From contig OZ242214.1 of assembly GCA_965206595.1 (NCBI GenBank), positions 256,001 to 320,000 of the forward strand: a stretch of DNA of 64,000 bases. The letters run 5' to 3'. Source of the stretch: Candidatus Latescibacterota bacterium. Its GTDB lineage: Bacteria; Latescibacterota; UBA2968; UBA8231. Position 1 is the stretch's first letter, and each line of letters starts with the position of its first letter. The position numbers and the translations under genes were made by a program. Positions 14,051 through 24,062 of this stretch are shown here, one piece after another. The notes under the pieces were generated by a model. It searched no databases and was not told the origin of the DNA. It saw only the letters and a program-made list of their open reading frames with translations.

Positions 14051-15530
14051 CGCCGCCCCAGGACCTGCCGGGTCCGGAGGGCGGGTCGGCGGTTTCGGGC
14101 TGGGCGCAGGCGCGGGTGTCGTGGCGCCCGGTGTCGGCGAGTCCGGCGGTCAGCGGCTACGACGTGCACTGGCAGAGCAAACCGGTGTCAGGAGGGACCT
14201 GGCCGGAGTCGTGGACGAGCCTGCTGGACAACGGGGCGGGCACGGTCGAGGGCGCCCGTCGGGCGCACGTCCACCCCGCCCTGGACCCGGACCGGGTGTA
14301 TCGGTATCGGGTGCGGGCGCGCCGGGGGCAAGAGACCGGTGGCTGGTCGGGGCCGCTGCCGGGGGAGACGGGGGTGCAGCCGCAGCCGGGTCCGGCGACC
14401 GGTGTGACGGCGGCGCGGGGCGACCGGCAGGTGCGGTTGGCCTGGACGGGACCGGATCACGCCCACCTTACGGGGTGGCAGTACCGGTCAGGCACGGTCG
14501 TCGGCCCGGACACGACCTGGGCGTCTTGGCGGACGATGTCGGGCAGCGGGGCGAGCACCCGCGGTCATACCGTGCCGAATCGGACCAACGGCCGGAGCTA
14601 CACGTTCCGGGTGCGGGCGCTCAACGCGGCCGGGCAAGGGGCGCCCTCGGAGGCGACGACGGCGGTGACCCCTGCGGTGGTCCCATCGGCACCCGGGAAC
14701 CTGGGGGCGGCGCCCGGCGACGGCGACCGGCAGATGCGCCTGAGCTGGGAGAGGGCGGCCGACAACGGCTCGGCGCTGAGGGGGTATCAGTATCGCCAGA
14801 GCACGGACGGGGGCGCTACTTGGGCCGTCGACTGGCGGGCGGTATCCGGCAGCGATGCGACCACGACCTCGCATGTGCTGAGGGGGCTGAGCCCCGGCGC
14901 GTACACGTTCGAGGTGCGGGCGCTCAACGGGGTGGGCGAGGGGGTGGCGTCGGACCGGGCCACGGGGGTCTGGTTTGAGGAGAAGGGCACCGGCGCGGCG
15001 GTTTCCTACCCGTCGGTTGCCGGCCGAAACTGGACGCGGTCCGGCGTCGACGCGGGGGACTTTACCCTGTCGTCGGCCGGTGTTTTGGGTTTCGGCACGG
15101 CACCCGACTTCGAGGAACCGGTCGATGCGGACACCGACAACGTCTACCGGGTGAGGGTGGAGGCCAGGGAGTCGGGTGCGCCTGTTTTGCGGCTGGAGGT
15201 GGTGGTGCGGGTGACCAACGTCGACGAGGAGGGTACGGTGACGCTGTCGCCGACGGCGCCCCGGGTGGACGAGGACCTGACGGCGTCGCTGAGCGACCCG
15301 GACGGGGGCGAGCAGGTTACCGGGTGGACCTGGTACGCCCGCACGCCGGCGCCGCCGGGCGGGGCTTCGGGGGCGGTGGATGAGCCGGTCGGGACGTCGA
15401 AGACCATCCGGCCGAGCCGTCTGCTGATCGGCAAGCGCTTGCGGGCGCGGGCGGACTATTCGGACGCGCACGGGCCGGGCAAGCGGGCGGCCAGCGCCGA
15501 GTCCGACCTGGTGGTGGGGGTGCCGACGGC

Positions 15531-16820
15531 GCCGCGGGACTTTGAGGCGGCGGCCGGCAACGGACAGGTGTCGCTGCGTTGGTCCGCGCCGTCTTCGAAC
15601 GGCGGCTCGGCGATCCGCCGATACGAACATCGGCACCGCCGCAGCTCGGCCCGTTGGCCCGACGAGGACACCTGGACCGAGGTGGGCACGGCGGCCCGGG
15701 CAACGGTGCCGGACCTGAGCAACGACACCCCGTACGCTTTCCAGGTGCGGGCGGTCAACGAGGCCGGGGACGGCCCGGCCGCCGACGACACGGCGACCCC
15801 TCGCCAACCCAACCGGGCGCCGGTGCTTGAGGGTCCGAGCGATACCACGTTCGCCGAGAACGGCACCGGGTCGGTGGCCACCTATACGGGCACCGACCCG
15901 GACGGCCACCCCATCGCGTGGTCGCTGGTGGGGGACGATGCGGGCGCCTTCGGGCTGGGCCCGGGCGCGACCTCGGCGAGCCGGCAGCTGATCTTCAGAA
16001 CCGCGCCCGACTACGAGGCCCGGAGTTCGCCCTACCAGGTGACGGTGAAGGTCAAGGACGCCCCCCCGTCGCCGGCGTTGCCCGATTCTACGCTGCTGGA
16101 GGTGACGGTGAGCGTGGCCAATGTCGACGAGGCCGGCTCGGTGAGTTTGACCACGACGAAACCCAAGGTGGGCCAGACCCTGGTCGCGGTGCTCACCGAC
16201 CCGGACCAGGGGGTGACCGATGTGGGCTGGACCTGGCAGCCGCTGCCCCCGGGCCCCTCCGGTTCGGGAGGCCCCCCGGCTCCCGACGAGGGGCCCACCG
16301 GGGCTTCGCAGGGCGCCACCTCCGGGCCGTACACGGTCAAGTCGACGGACTTCGGGCTGGTGTTGTGGGCGCGGGCGGCCTACGACGACGCGCACGGGCC
16401 GGACAAGAAGGCGGCTACCGAGACGGCCCCGGTAATCAAGGAACCGTCGACGCCGCGGGACTTTGAGGCGACGCCCGGCAACGGACAGGTGTCGCTGCGT
16501 TGGTCCGCGCCGTCTTCGAACGGCGGCTCGGAGATCACCGGATACGAACATCGGCACCGCCGCAGCTCGGCCCGTTGGCCCGACGAGGACACCTGGACCG
16601 GGGTGGGCACGGCGACCCGGGCCACGGTGCCGGGCCTGCGCAACGACACCCCGTACGCTTTCCAGGTGCGGGCGGTGAACGAGGCCGGGGACGGGCCGGC
16701 CGCCGACGCCACGGCGACCCCTCGCCAACCCAACCGGGCGCCGGTGCTTGAGGGTCCGAGCGATACCACGTTCGCCGAGAACGGCACCGGGTCGGTGGCC
16801 ACCTATACGGGCACCGACGC
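15531..16820 (+). repeat. Duplicated FN3 plus cadherin-start block, offset 921 nt
   Basis: About 15531-15898 matches about 16452-16818. Confidence 0.85.
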
Positions 16821-17059
16821 GGACGAGGACGTGCTTACGTGGTCCAAGGGCGGTCCCGATGGCGGTTCTTTCCGCCTGTCGGGCTCGGGCCCGACGCGGA
16901 CGCTCGAATTCCACACTGCCCCCGACTACGAGGCCAAGAGCAGCTACCGGGTGACGGTGTCGCTCAGCGACGGCCGCCCGGACGCGACGGCGGACACCAC
17001 GGTGACGGTGCGGGTGACGGTGACGGACGTGAACGAGCCGCCGGTGATAACGGGTCCGG

Positions 17060-19185
17060 TCACGAAGTCGGTGCCCGAGAACAGCGCGTCGGTGGCCACG
17101 TACACGGCCACGGACCCGGAGGGCGACAGCGTGACCTGGTCCCGGGCAGGCACGGACGGGAACCGCTTCCAGATCACGGAAAGCGGGGGTGTCCTGCGTT
17201 TTTCTCCGGCGCCCGACTACGAGGGTCCGACGGACGCGACCTGGGTCAACACCTACCAGGTGACGGTGACGGCGACGGACAACGGCTCGCCCAATAAATC
17301 GGCGACGCGCGCGGTGACGGTGACGGTGACCGACGTCAACGAGCCGCCGCCGACCCCTTCGGCCCCGTCGGTGTCGGCGGCCTCGAGCAACGGCCACGAG
17401 CGCCTGTCGGTGAGCTGGTCGGCGCCCAGCATCAGCGGGCGTCCCGGCCTCAGCGACTACGACGTGCAGTATCGGAAGTCAGGCGCTTCCAGGTGGAGCG
17501 CGCATTCGTTCACGGGCACGGGGACCTCGACGACGATATCGGGGCTGTCTACCGATACCGAGTATCAGGTGCAGGTGCTGGCCAGGAATGCGGAGGGCAG
17601 CAGTTCCTGGTCCTCCAGCGGCCGCGGCCGCACGCGTCCGAACACGGCGCCGTCGTTCACGTCGGGTCCGACGTCGAAGTCGGTGGCGGAGAACAGCCGC
17701 TCGGTGGGTTCCTACACAGCCACCGATGCGGAGGGCCACAGCATCAGCTGGTTGCTGGAGGGCACCGATTCGGGGGATTTCTCCAAGACGGTGTTGTACG
17801 GGGTGTTGTCCCTGAGTTTCGGCAGCGACCCGGACTACGAGAGTCCCGACGATTCGGGTCGCAACAACGTCTACCACGTGACGGTGAAGGCGGAGGACAA
17901 CGGCTCGTCCAAGAAATCCTCGACGCGGGCGGTGACGGTGACGGTGACCGACGTCAACGAGCCGCCGCCGACCCCTTCGGCCCCGTCGGTGTCGGCGGCC
18001 TCCAGCAACGGCCACGAGCGGTTGTCGGTGAGCTGGTCGGCGCCCAGCACCAGCGGGCGTCCCGGCCTCAGCGACTACGACGTGCAGTATCGGAAGTCAG
18101 GCGCTTCCAGGTGGAGCGCGCATTCGTTCACGGGCACGGGGACCTCGACGACGATATCGGGGCTGTCTACCGATACCGAGTATCAGGTGCAGGTGCTGGC
18201 CAGGAATGCGGAGGGCAGCAGTTCCTGGTCCTCCAGCGGCCGCGGCCGCACGCGTCCGAACACGGCGCCGTCGTTCACGTCGGGTCCGACGTCGAAGTCG
18301 GTGCCCGAGAACAGCACGTCGGTGGCCACGTACACGGCCACGGACCCGGAGGGCGACAGCGTGACCTGGTCACGGGAAGGCACCGATGGGAACCGCTTCC
18401 AGATCACGGGCGGCGGCGCCTTGCGTTTTTCTCCGGCGCCCGACTACGAGAGTCCGACGGACGCGACCTGGGTCAACACCTACCACGTGACGGTGAAGGC
18501 GACGGACAACGGCTCGCCGAACAAATCCTCGACGCGCGCGGTGACGGTGACGGTGACCGATGTGAACGAGCCGCCGCCGACCCCTTCGGCCCCGTCGGTG
18601 TCGGCGGCCTCCAGCAACGGCCACGAGCGGTTGTCGGTGAGCTGGTCGGCGCCCAGCACCAGCGGGCGTCCCGGCCTCAGCGACTACGACGTGCAGTATC
18701 GGAAGTCAGGCGCTTCCAGGTGGAGCGCGCATTCGTTCACGGGCACGGGGACCTCGACGACGATATCGGGGCTGTCCTCCGATACCGAGTATAAGGTGCA
18801 GGTGCTGGCCAGGAATGCGGAGGGCAGCAGCGCCTGGTCCTCCAGCGGCAGCGGCCGCACCAACACACCTCCGAACACGGCGCCGTCGTTCACGTCGGGT
18901 CCGACATCGAAGTCGGTGGCGGAGAACAGCCGCTCGGTGGGTTCCTACACAGCCACCGATGCGGAGGGCCACAGCATCAGCTGGTCGCTGACAGGCACGG
19001 ATGCGGGGGATTTCTCCAAGACGGTGTTGTACGGGGTGTTGTCCCTGAGTTTCGGCAGCGCCCCGGACTACGAGAGTCCCGACGATTCGGGTCGCAACAA
19101 TGTCTACAACGTGACGGTGAAGGCGACGGACAACGGCTCGCCGAACAAATCCTCGACGCGCGCGGTGACGGTGACGGTGACCGAC
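17060..19185 (+). repeat. Higher-order tandem array CadA-FN3-CadB-FN3-CadA-FN3-CadB (units of about 609-618 nt)
   Basis: GAGCCGCCGCCGACCCCTTCG at 17341, 17959 and 18568. Confidence 0.9.
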
Positions 19186-19866
19186 CAGTCCGAGCCGCCG
19201 GGTGCGCCCTCCGGGGTGAGTGTGAGCGCGCCGTCCTACCGGGGCCACGAGCGCCTGTCGGTGCGCTGGACGGCCCCGTCCAACAGCGGGCCGGCGCTTA
19301 GCGGCTACGGCATCCAGTACTGCAAGACCGTCGAGGTTCCGTTCTGCGACAGCTACAGCATCTGGTCCTCCAGTTCGGCGACCGGCTCGGCCACCAGCAA
19401 ACTCCTGACCGGGCTGTCGGCCAACACCGGCTACACCGTGCAGGTGCGGGCAAGCAACGCCGAGGGCACCAGCGGCTGGTCCTCGCGGGCCACCGGCAGC
19501 ACCCGCTCGGCGGCGGCCAAGGCCCTGGCCGAGCAGATGGCCGCGACCGGGAAAGAACTGGCCGCCCTGGCCGCGCCCAACCCCTTCAACCCCCGCACCA
19601 CGATCTACTTCCAGGTGCCCGATAGTGACGAGGTCTCCCTGGTCATCTACAGTCTCGCCGGCCAGGTGGTGAAGACGCTCATACCGGGCCGCACCCTGAA
19701 CCCCGGGATACACCAGGCCTTCTGGGAGGGACGCGACCAGCAGGGACGCCCGGTGGCCGCCGGCGTCTACTTCTACCGCCTCACCGCTGGAGACCGGGCA
19801 GTCGTGCGCAAGATGACCCTCCTGCGGTGAGGTGAGAGGGCAAACTCCAGACGGAAGCAATATCAC

Positions 19867-20862
19867 ATGACCTTTCGGGTTCCCTGCGAGCGGATGCGCG
19901 AAGAATTCCTCCGGGCCCTTTCGGTCTCCGGGTTCGGCGAGGCGGACGCGGAGACCCTGGCCCGGGTGTTCGCCGACAACACCTGCGACGGGGTGATCTC
20001 CCACGGGATCAACCGCTTCCCCGGGTTCGTCCGCGACGTGCGCGAGGGGCTGATCGACCCGTCGGTCCGGGCTGAACCAGTTGCCGCCCTGGGAGCGCTG
20101 GAGCAGTGGGAAGGGCACCGCGGCCCCGGCATTCTCAACGCTCTGGCCTGCATGGACCGGGCGGTCGAGCTTGCCCGCGAGCACACGGTCGGGGCCGTCG
20201 CCCTGCGCAACACCGGCCACTGGATGCGGGCCGGCACCTACGGCCTGCGGGCGGCGGCGGCCGGTTGCATCGGCATCTGCTGGACGAACACGACGCGTCT
20301 GATGCCGCCTCACGGCTCCGCCGAAAAGCGCCTCGGGAACAACCCCCTGGTGATGGCGGTTCCGGCGCCCGGCGGCGACACCGTGCTCCTCGACATGGCG
20401 GTGAGCCAGTTCTCCGGCGGGCGTGTGCAGATCCACGAGCGCAGCGGCGAGCCCCTGCCGGTTCCGGGCGGGTACGACGCCGAGGGCCGGCTGACCACGG
20501 ATGCGGCGGCCCTGGAGCGCCCCCTGCCGATCGGCCTCTGGAAGGGAAGCGGCCTGGCCCTCTGCCTGGACCTGGTGGCGGCGCTGGTCTCGGGAGGGCG
20601 GACAACCGCGGAAATCTCGCGGGAGTCGAGGGAAGAGGGGGTGTCGCAGTTGTTTCTTGCCATCGATCTGGCACGGGTCGGCGACCCGGGACGGGTCCGG
20701 CAGGCGGTGCAGGAGTCCCTGGCCGACCTGGTTTCGGCCGGATCCCTGCCCGGAGAGCGCGTCGTTTACCCGGGGCAGCGCAGCGCCGAGCGGCGGCGCG
20801 AGGCCCTGGACCTCGGAGTGCCAGTGGAGCGCCGCTTCTGGGAAGAGGTGCTGGCCCTGTAG
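19867..20862 (+). CDS. yiaK: 2,3-diketo-L-gulonate reductase (Ldh_2 family)
   Basis: SHGINRF, LRNTGHWMRAGTYG, CWTNT, GNNPL, DMAVSQFS, WKGSGL. Confidence 0.85.
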   Translation: MTFRVPCERMREEFLRALSVSGFGEADAETLARVFADNTCDGVISHGINRFPGFVRDVREGLIDPSVRAEPVAALGALEQWEGHRGPGILNALACMDRAVELAREHTVGAVALRNTGHWMRAGTYGLRAAAAGCIGICWTNTTRLMPPHGSAEKRLGNNPLVMAVPAPGGDTVLLDMAVSQFSGGRVQIHERSGEPLPVPGGYDAEGRLTTDAAALERPLPIGLWKGSGLALCLDLVAALVSGGRTTAEISRESREEGVSQLFLAIDLARVGDPGRVRQAVQESLADLVSAGSLPGERVVYPGQRSAERRREALDLGVPVERRFWEEVLAL

Positions 20863-20864
20863 AG

Positions 20865-21013
20865 CTACAGGGCGGCCATCAGCTCTTCGTTCTACCGACC
20901 AGCATCCGGCGGCCGTTGCGGATCGTCGGCGCCCGCAGCTTGCCGGAGCGGCCGTGGAGCAGCTCGGGCAGCTCGCCGGGGCGGGGGTAGCGCCATTCGA
21001 TTCGTCGGGTCAT
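20865..21013 (-). pseudogene. Internally deleted ArsC/Spx-like small protein remnant
   Basis: ATGA overlap with the upstream stop. MTRRIEWRYPRPG is fused to ...GRSGKLRAPTIRNGRRMLVG, with NEELMAAL* in a shifted frame. Confidence 0.4.
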
Positions 21014-21504
21014 CGCTCGCCCTGCAGGTCGTGGATTGTCGCTTCAAGCGTTTCCAGATCCACGATGGAAACCGTCGGTTTCCCTGTGGTCCAACCCCCT
21101 GTTTCCCCCGGGTTCAGCAAAAGAGATTTGCCCTTGCGGATGTCGATCTCGTGGGTGTGTCCGTAAACGACGAGGTCGTATCCGCCGCTTTCCGCTATCG
21201 GGATGGCGAGCTCCGGGTAATGCATGACGGCGATGTTTCTGTCGCCGATCGAGACGCTCGCCAGGTTGGGATGGATCTCTCCGACGGCTTCGAACCGCTT
21301 CGACAGCCCGACTCGTTCGCCGTCGTTGTTCCCGAATACGCCGACGACCCGGCAGCTCAGATCCGCCAACGGGTCGATGGCGAAGGGAGCGATGAAATCG
21401 CCGGCATGGACCACCAGATCCACCCCGGTTTCGTTGAAGAGCGCGACAGCCCGTTCGATATTCGGGACGTTGTCGTGGCTGTCGGACATGACGCCGAGTT
21501 TCAT
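21010..21504 (-). CDS. YfcE/MJ0936-family metallophosphoesterase
   Basis: SDSH, HAGD, GNND, GHTH, NPG motifs. Confidence 0.9.
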   Translation of the reverse strand: MKLGVMSDSHDNVPNIERAVALFNETGVDLVVHAGDFIAPFAIDPLADLSCRVVGVFGNNDGERVGLSKRFEAVGEIHPNLASVSIGDRNIAVMHYPELAIPIAESGGYDLVVYGHTHEIDIRKGKSLLLNPGETGGWTTGKPTVSIVDLETLEATIHDLQGER

Positions 21505-21716
21505 TTCGAATCCTCCCAATCAAGTAAAGTAAAATTGCAGCCGGACCGGTTCGTACTGAAGAAGGCGCAATCCTGTCCTTCGAAGCAATCGAATGGAGAT
21601 GCGGGGAAGGCGTGAGCCGCACCTGCCATGGGATGAGCACCTCGCAGTCGGCCACCAAGTCGTGGTGGTCTTCCGGGGGTCCGGTCAATGGTTGTTGCAG
21701 GAAGGAGAAATATCCA

Positions 21717-22070
21717 ATGCTATCCGATCTGGAAGTCGGGCAGTTCAGGACGTTCGGGTTCATCGCGTTGAGGAGCTGCCTGACTGAAAGGGAGGTAAAG
21801 GATCTCCAGGAGGCGCACGACCGGGTCATTGCCGAGGCACCTGCTTACAACTATTTCGCGGAGAACGGCACCCGCATGCTCAGCCCCTTCGTCCAGGCCG
21901 ACAATGCCTTTGCAAGGCTGATCGAGCATCCCCGCGTGATGGAAGCCATGCGCGATATCTGGGGGACGGAGTGCCTGTACATCGGCGCCAGCGACATGTG
22001 GTCGAACCGGGACGATAAGATGGCGTCGCGGCTTGAGGGGCTGGGAGTGGAGCGGGTGAGAGAGTTGTAA
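21717..22070 (+). pseudogene. Truncated PhyH-family dioxygenase (N-terminal part only)
   Basis: F.TFGFIALRSCL and LIEHP N-terminal pattern; AAGGAG RBS; ends before the HxD motif. Confidence 0.55.
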
Positions 22071-22103
22071 GTCCCGAGGCTGAAAGGAGCGAAGGAAGCC
22101 CCG

Positions 22104-23390
22104 ATGAGCTACTTCCGGTTGGAAGAGCGGAACACGAACGTGCGGACCGAGGTGCTGGCCGGATGCACCACGTTCCTGACCATGTGCTACATCATCTTCG
22201 TGAACCCGCTGGTGTTGGCCGGAACGGGGATGGACACCGGGGCCGTGCTGGTGGCGACCTGTCTCGCCGCGGCCTTCGGGTCCGCGGTCATGGGCCTGTA
22301 CGCCAACTACCCGATCGCGCTGGCCCCGGGGATGGGGCTGAACGCCTACTTCGCCGCGGTCGCGGTGGGCACCCTGGGCCTGTCCTGGCAGGCCGCGCTC
22401 GGAGCGGTGTTCTGTTCCGGGGTCCTGATGCTCGTCCTGTCCGTGCTCCCGGTGCGCGAGTGGGTCGTCAACAGCATTCCGCGCTCGCAGAAGATGGCCA
22501 TCGCCGCGGGGATCGGGTTCTTCCTCGTCATCATCGGGCTCCGCAACGCCGGGGTTGTGGTGGCCAACGAAGCCACGCTGGTCGGCCTGGGCAACCTGGC
22601 TCAGTGGACGGTGGCGCTGGCCGCCCTCGGATTCATGGGCATCGTCGCGCTCGAGCACCGGAAGATTCCCGGCGCGGTCGTGATCTGCATTCTAACGGCA
22701 GCGGCGGCGGGTTGGCTCGGGGGGCTGTCGCCGGCGCCCGGATCCGTGGCCGCAGCACCCCCTTCCCTGGCACCCTTAGCGCTGCAGCTGGACATCGCCG
22801 GGGCGTTGGAGCTGGGCCTGCTTGCGATCGTGTTCGCCTTCCTGATGGTGGACCTTTTCGACACCAGCGGCACCCTGGTCGCCGTGCTCAACGAGGCGGG
22901 ACTGACCGACAGCGCCGGGCGGGTTCCCGGGCTGCGCCGGGCCCTCGTGGCCGACAGCTCCGCCACCATGGTGGGTGCTTTGCTCGGTACCTCGACCACG
23001 ACGTCCTATATCGAGAGCGCCGCGGGGGTGCGGGCGGGAGGCCGGACCGGGCTCACCGCCCTGGTAGTGGCGGGTCTGTTCCTGGTTGCGCTGTTGTTCG
23101 CCCCGGTAGCGACCGCGATCCCGGGATACGCTACCGCCCCGGCGATCATTTTCGTCGGGTGCGTCATGGCGCGGGCCCTGCGCCACGTGGAATGGGACGA
23201 CCTGACCGAGGCCGTGCCCGCCATAGTGACCGCGATCGCGATGCCGTTCACCTATTCGATCGCCACCGGGATCGGCCTCGGGTTCATCTCCTACGCGGTC
23301 ATCAAGCTGCTGGTCGGACGCCGCCGTGACCTGAACCTGGCGGTGGTTACGGTGGCGGTGCTGTTCGCGATCCGGTTTGCGGTGAGTTAG
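22104..23390 (+). CDS. NCS2/AzgA-family purine permease
   Basis: TEVLAGCTTFLTM.YIIFVNP, APGMGLNAYF, DLFDTSGT, YIESAAG. Confidence 0.92.
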   Translation: MSYFRLEERNTNVRTEVLAGCTTFLTMCYIIFVNPLVLAGTGMDTGAVLVATCLAAAFGSAVMGLYANYPIALAPGMGLNAYFAAVAVGTLGLSWQAALGAVFCSGVLMLVLSVLPVREWVVNSIPRSQKMAIAAGIGFFLVIIGLRNAGVVVANEATLVGLGNLAQWTVALAALGFMGIVALEHRKIPGAVVICILTAAAAGWLGGLSPAPGSVAAAPPSLAPLALQLDIAGALELGLLAIVFAFLMVDLFDTSGTLVAVLNEAGLTDSAGRVPGLRRALVADSSATMVGALLGTSTTTSYIESAAGVRAGGRTGLTALVVAGLFLVALLFAPVATAIPGYATAPAIIFVGCVMARALRHVEWDDLTEAVPAIVTAIAMPFTYSIATGIGLGFISYAVIKLLVGRRRDLNLAVVTVAVLFAIRFAVS

Positions 23391-23567
23391 GGATCTGGGC
23401 GGGTAAAAAGCGTACAAACGCGGGCGCCGAATTCACGCGAAATTGCGTGCGCAGGCCAGCAGAGTTCATCGGCGAAGCATCCGGCGCATCTTCAGGGAGT
23501 TGCGCCACTACAATCCGCTTTCAGCCGGAGCGGACCGTTCCGGGAGCGTATCCAGGCTCGAGTTCCC

Positions 23568-24036
23568 CTAATACGAGATGTGACCTTCCATCTCCTGCCA
23601 TTCCCGGAAAACCGCTGACGCCTGCTCGGGAAGCAACTGCCGGGAGGGGATTCGGCGCTCCGCCCCCGGCAGTTGCAGTTCTCTGGTATATGAGCTCGTC
23701 GTCGAAGCCCAGCTCCCTGGCGGCCTCAGCGGTATTCCCGAAATAGATCTTCTCGATCCTCGCCCAGTAAATGGCGGCGAGGCACATGGGGCAGGGTTCG
23801 CAGCTGGTGTAGATTTCGCATCCCTCGAGGTGGAAGTCGCCGAGCCTCGAGGCCGCCCTTCTGATGGCCATGATCTCCGCGTGGGCGGTGGGGTCGTTGC
23901 CGGTGATTACGTCGTTGTATCCCTCTGAAACGATTGCACCGCCCTTGACGATGACCGCGCCGAACGGTCCGCCTTCCCCGGCCCTCATGTGAATTCGCGA
24001 GAGCTCTATGGCCCTGCCCATGAATTCCTGCTGCAT
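23568..24036 (-). pseudogene. guaD: Guanine deaminase (CDA-like nucleoside deaminase) with a +1 frameshift near 23684
   Basis: GGPFGA, DPTAHAE, SCEPCPMC, GFDD motifs. The family-like tail ELQLP...FREWQEMEGHISY* is in a shifted frame. Confidence 0.8.
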
Positions 24037-24062
24037 CCCTGTGCCTTCCTCCCTGTCCAGCC

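Larger units (their letters stand above)
7918..19830 (+). pseudogene. Giant secreted M6 (immune inhibitor A-like) metalloprotease-adhesin, about 3950 aa if repaired, with many FN3 and cadherin domains and a C-terminal FlgD-Ig domain; two frameshifts
   Basis: HEYGHLMGLHELYD and W.TMG.G motifs. ORFs 7918, 10503 and 10906 join after removing a 65-nt duplication and an extra T at 10929-10930 (paralog reads TGGGAATACCGG). Ends PNPFNP...WEGRD...GVYFYRL...KMTLLR. Confidence 0.85.

Noticed and set aside
10918-17397. Very long Arg/His/Pro-rich minus-strand ORFs (1083 and 969 aa)
   Set aside because: Antisense shadows of the GC-rich giant adhesin gene.
17060-19185. Possible CRISPR array or DGR template/variable repeats
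   Set aside because: Units are in-frame protein domains of about 600 nt. There are no spacers, no adenine-specific pattern and no cas or reverse transcriptase gene in the window.
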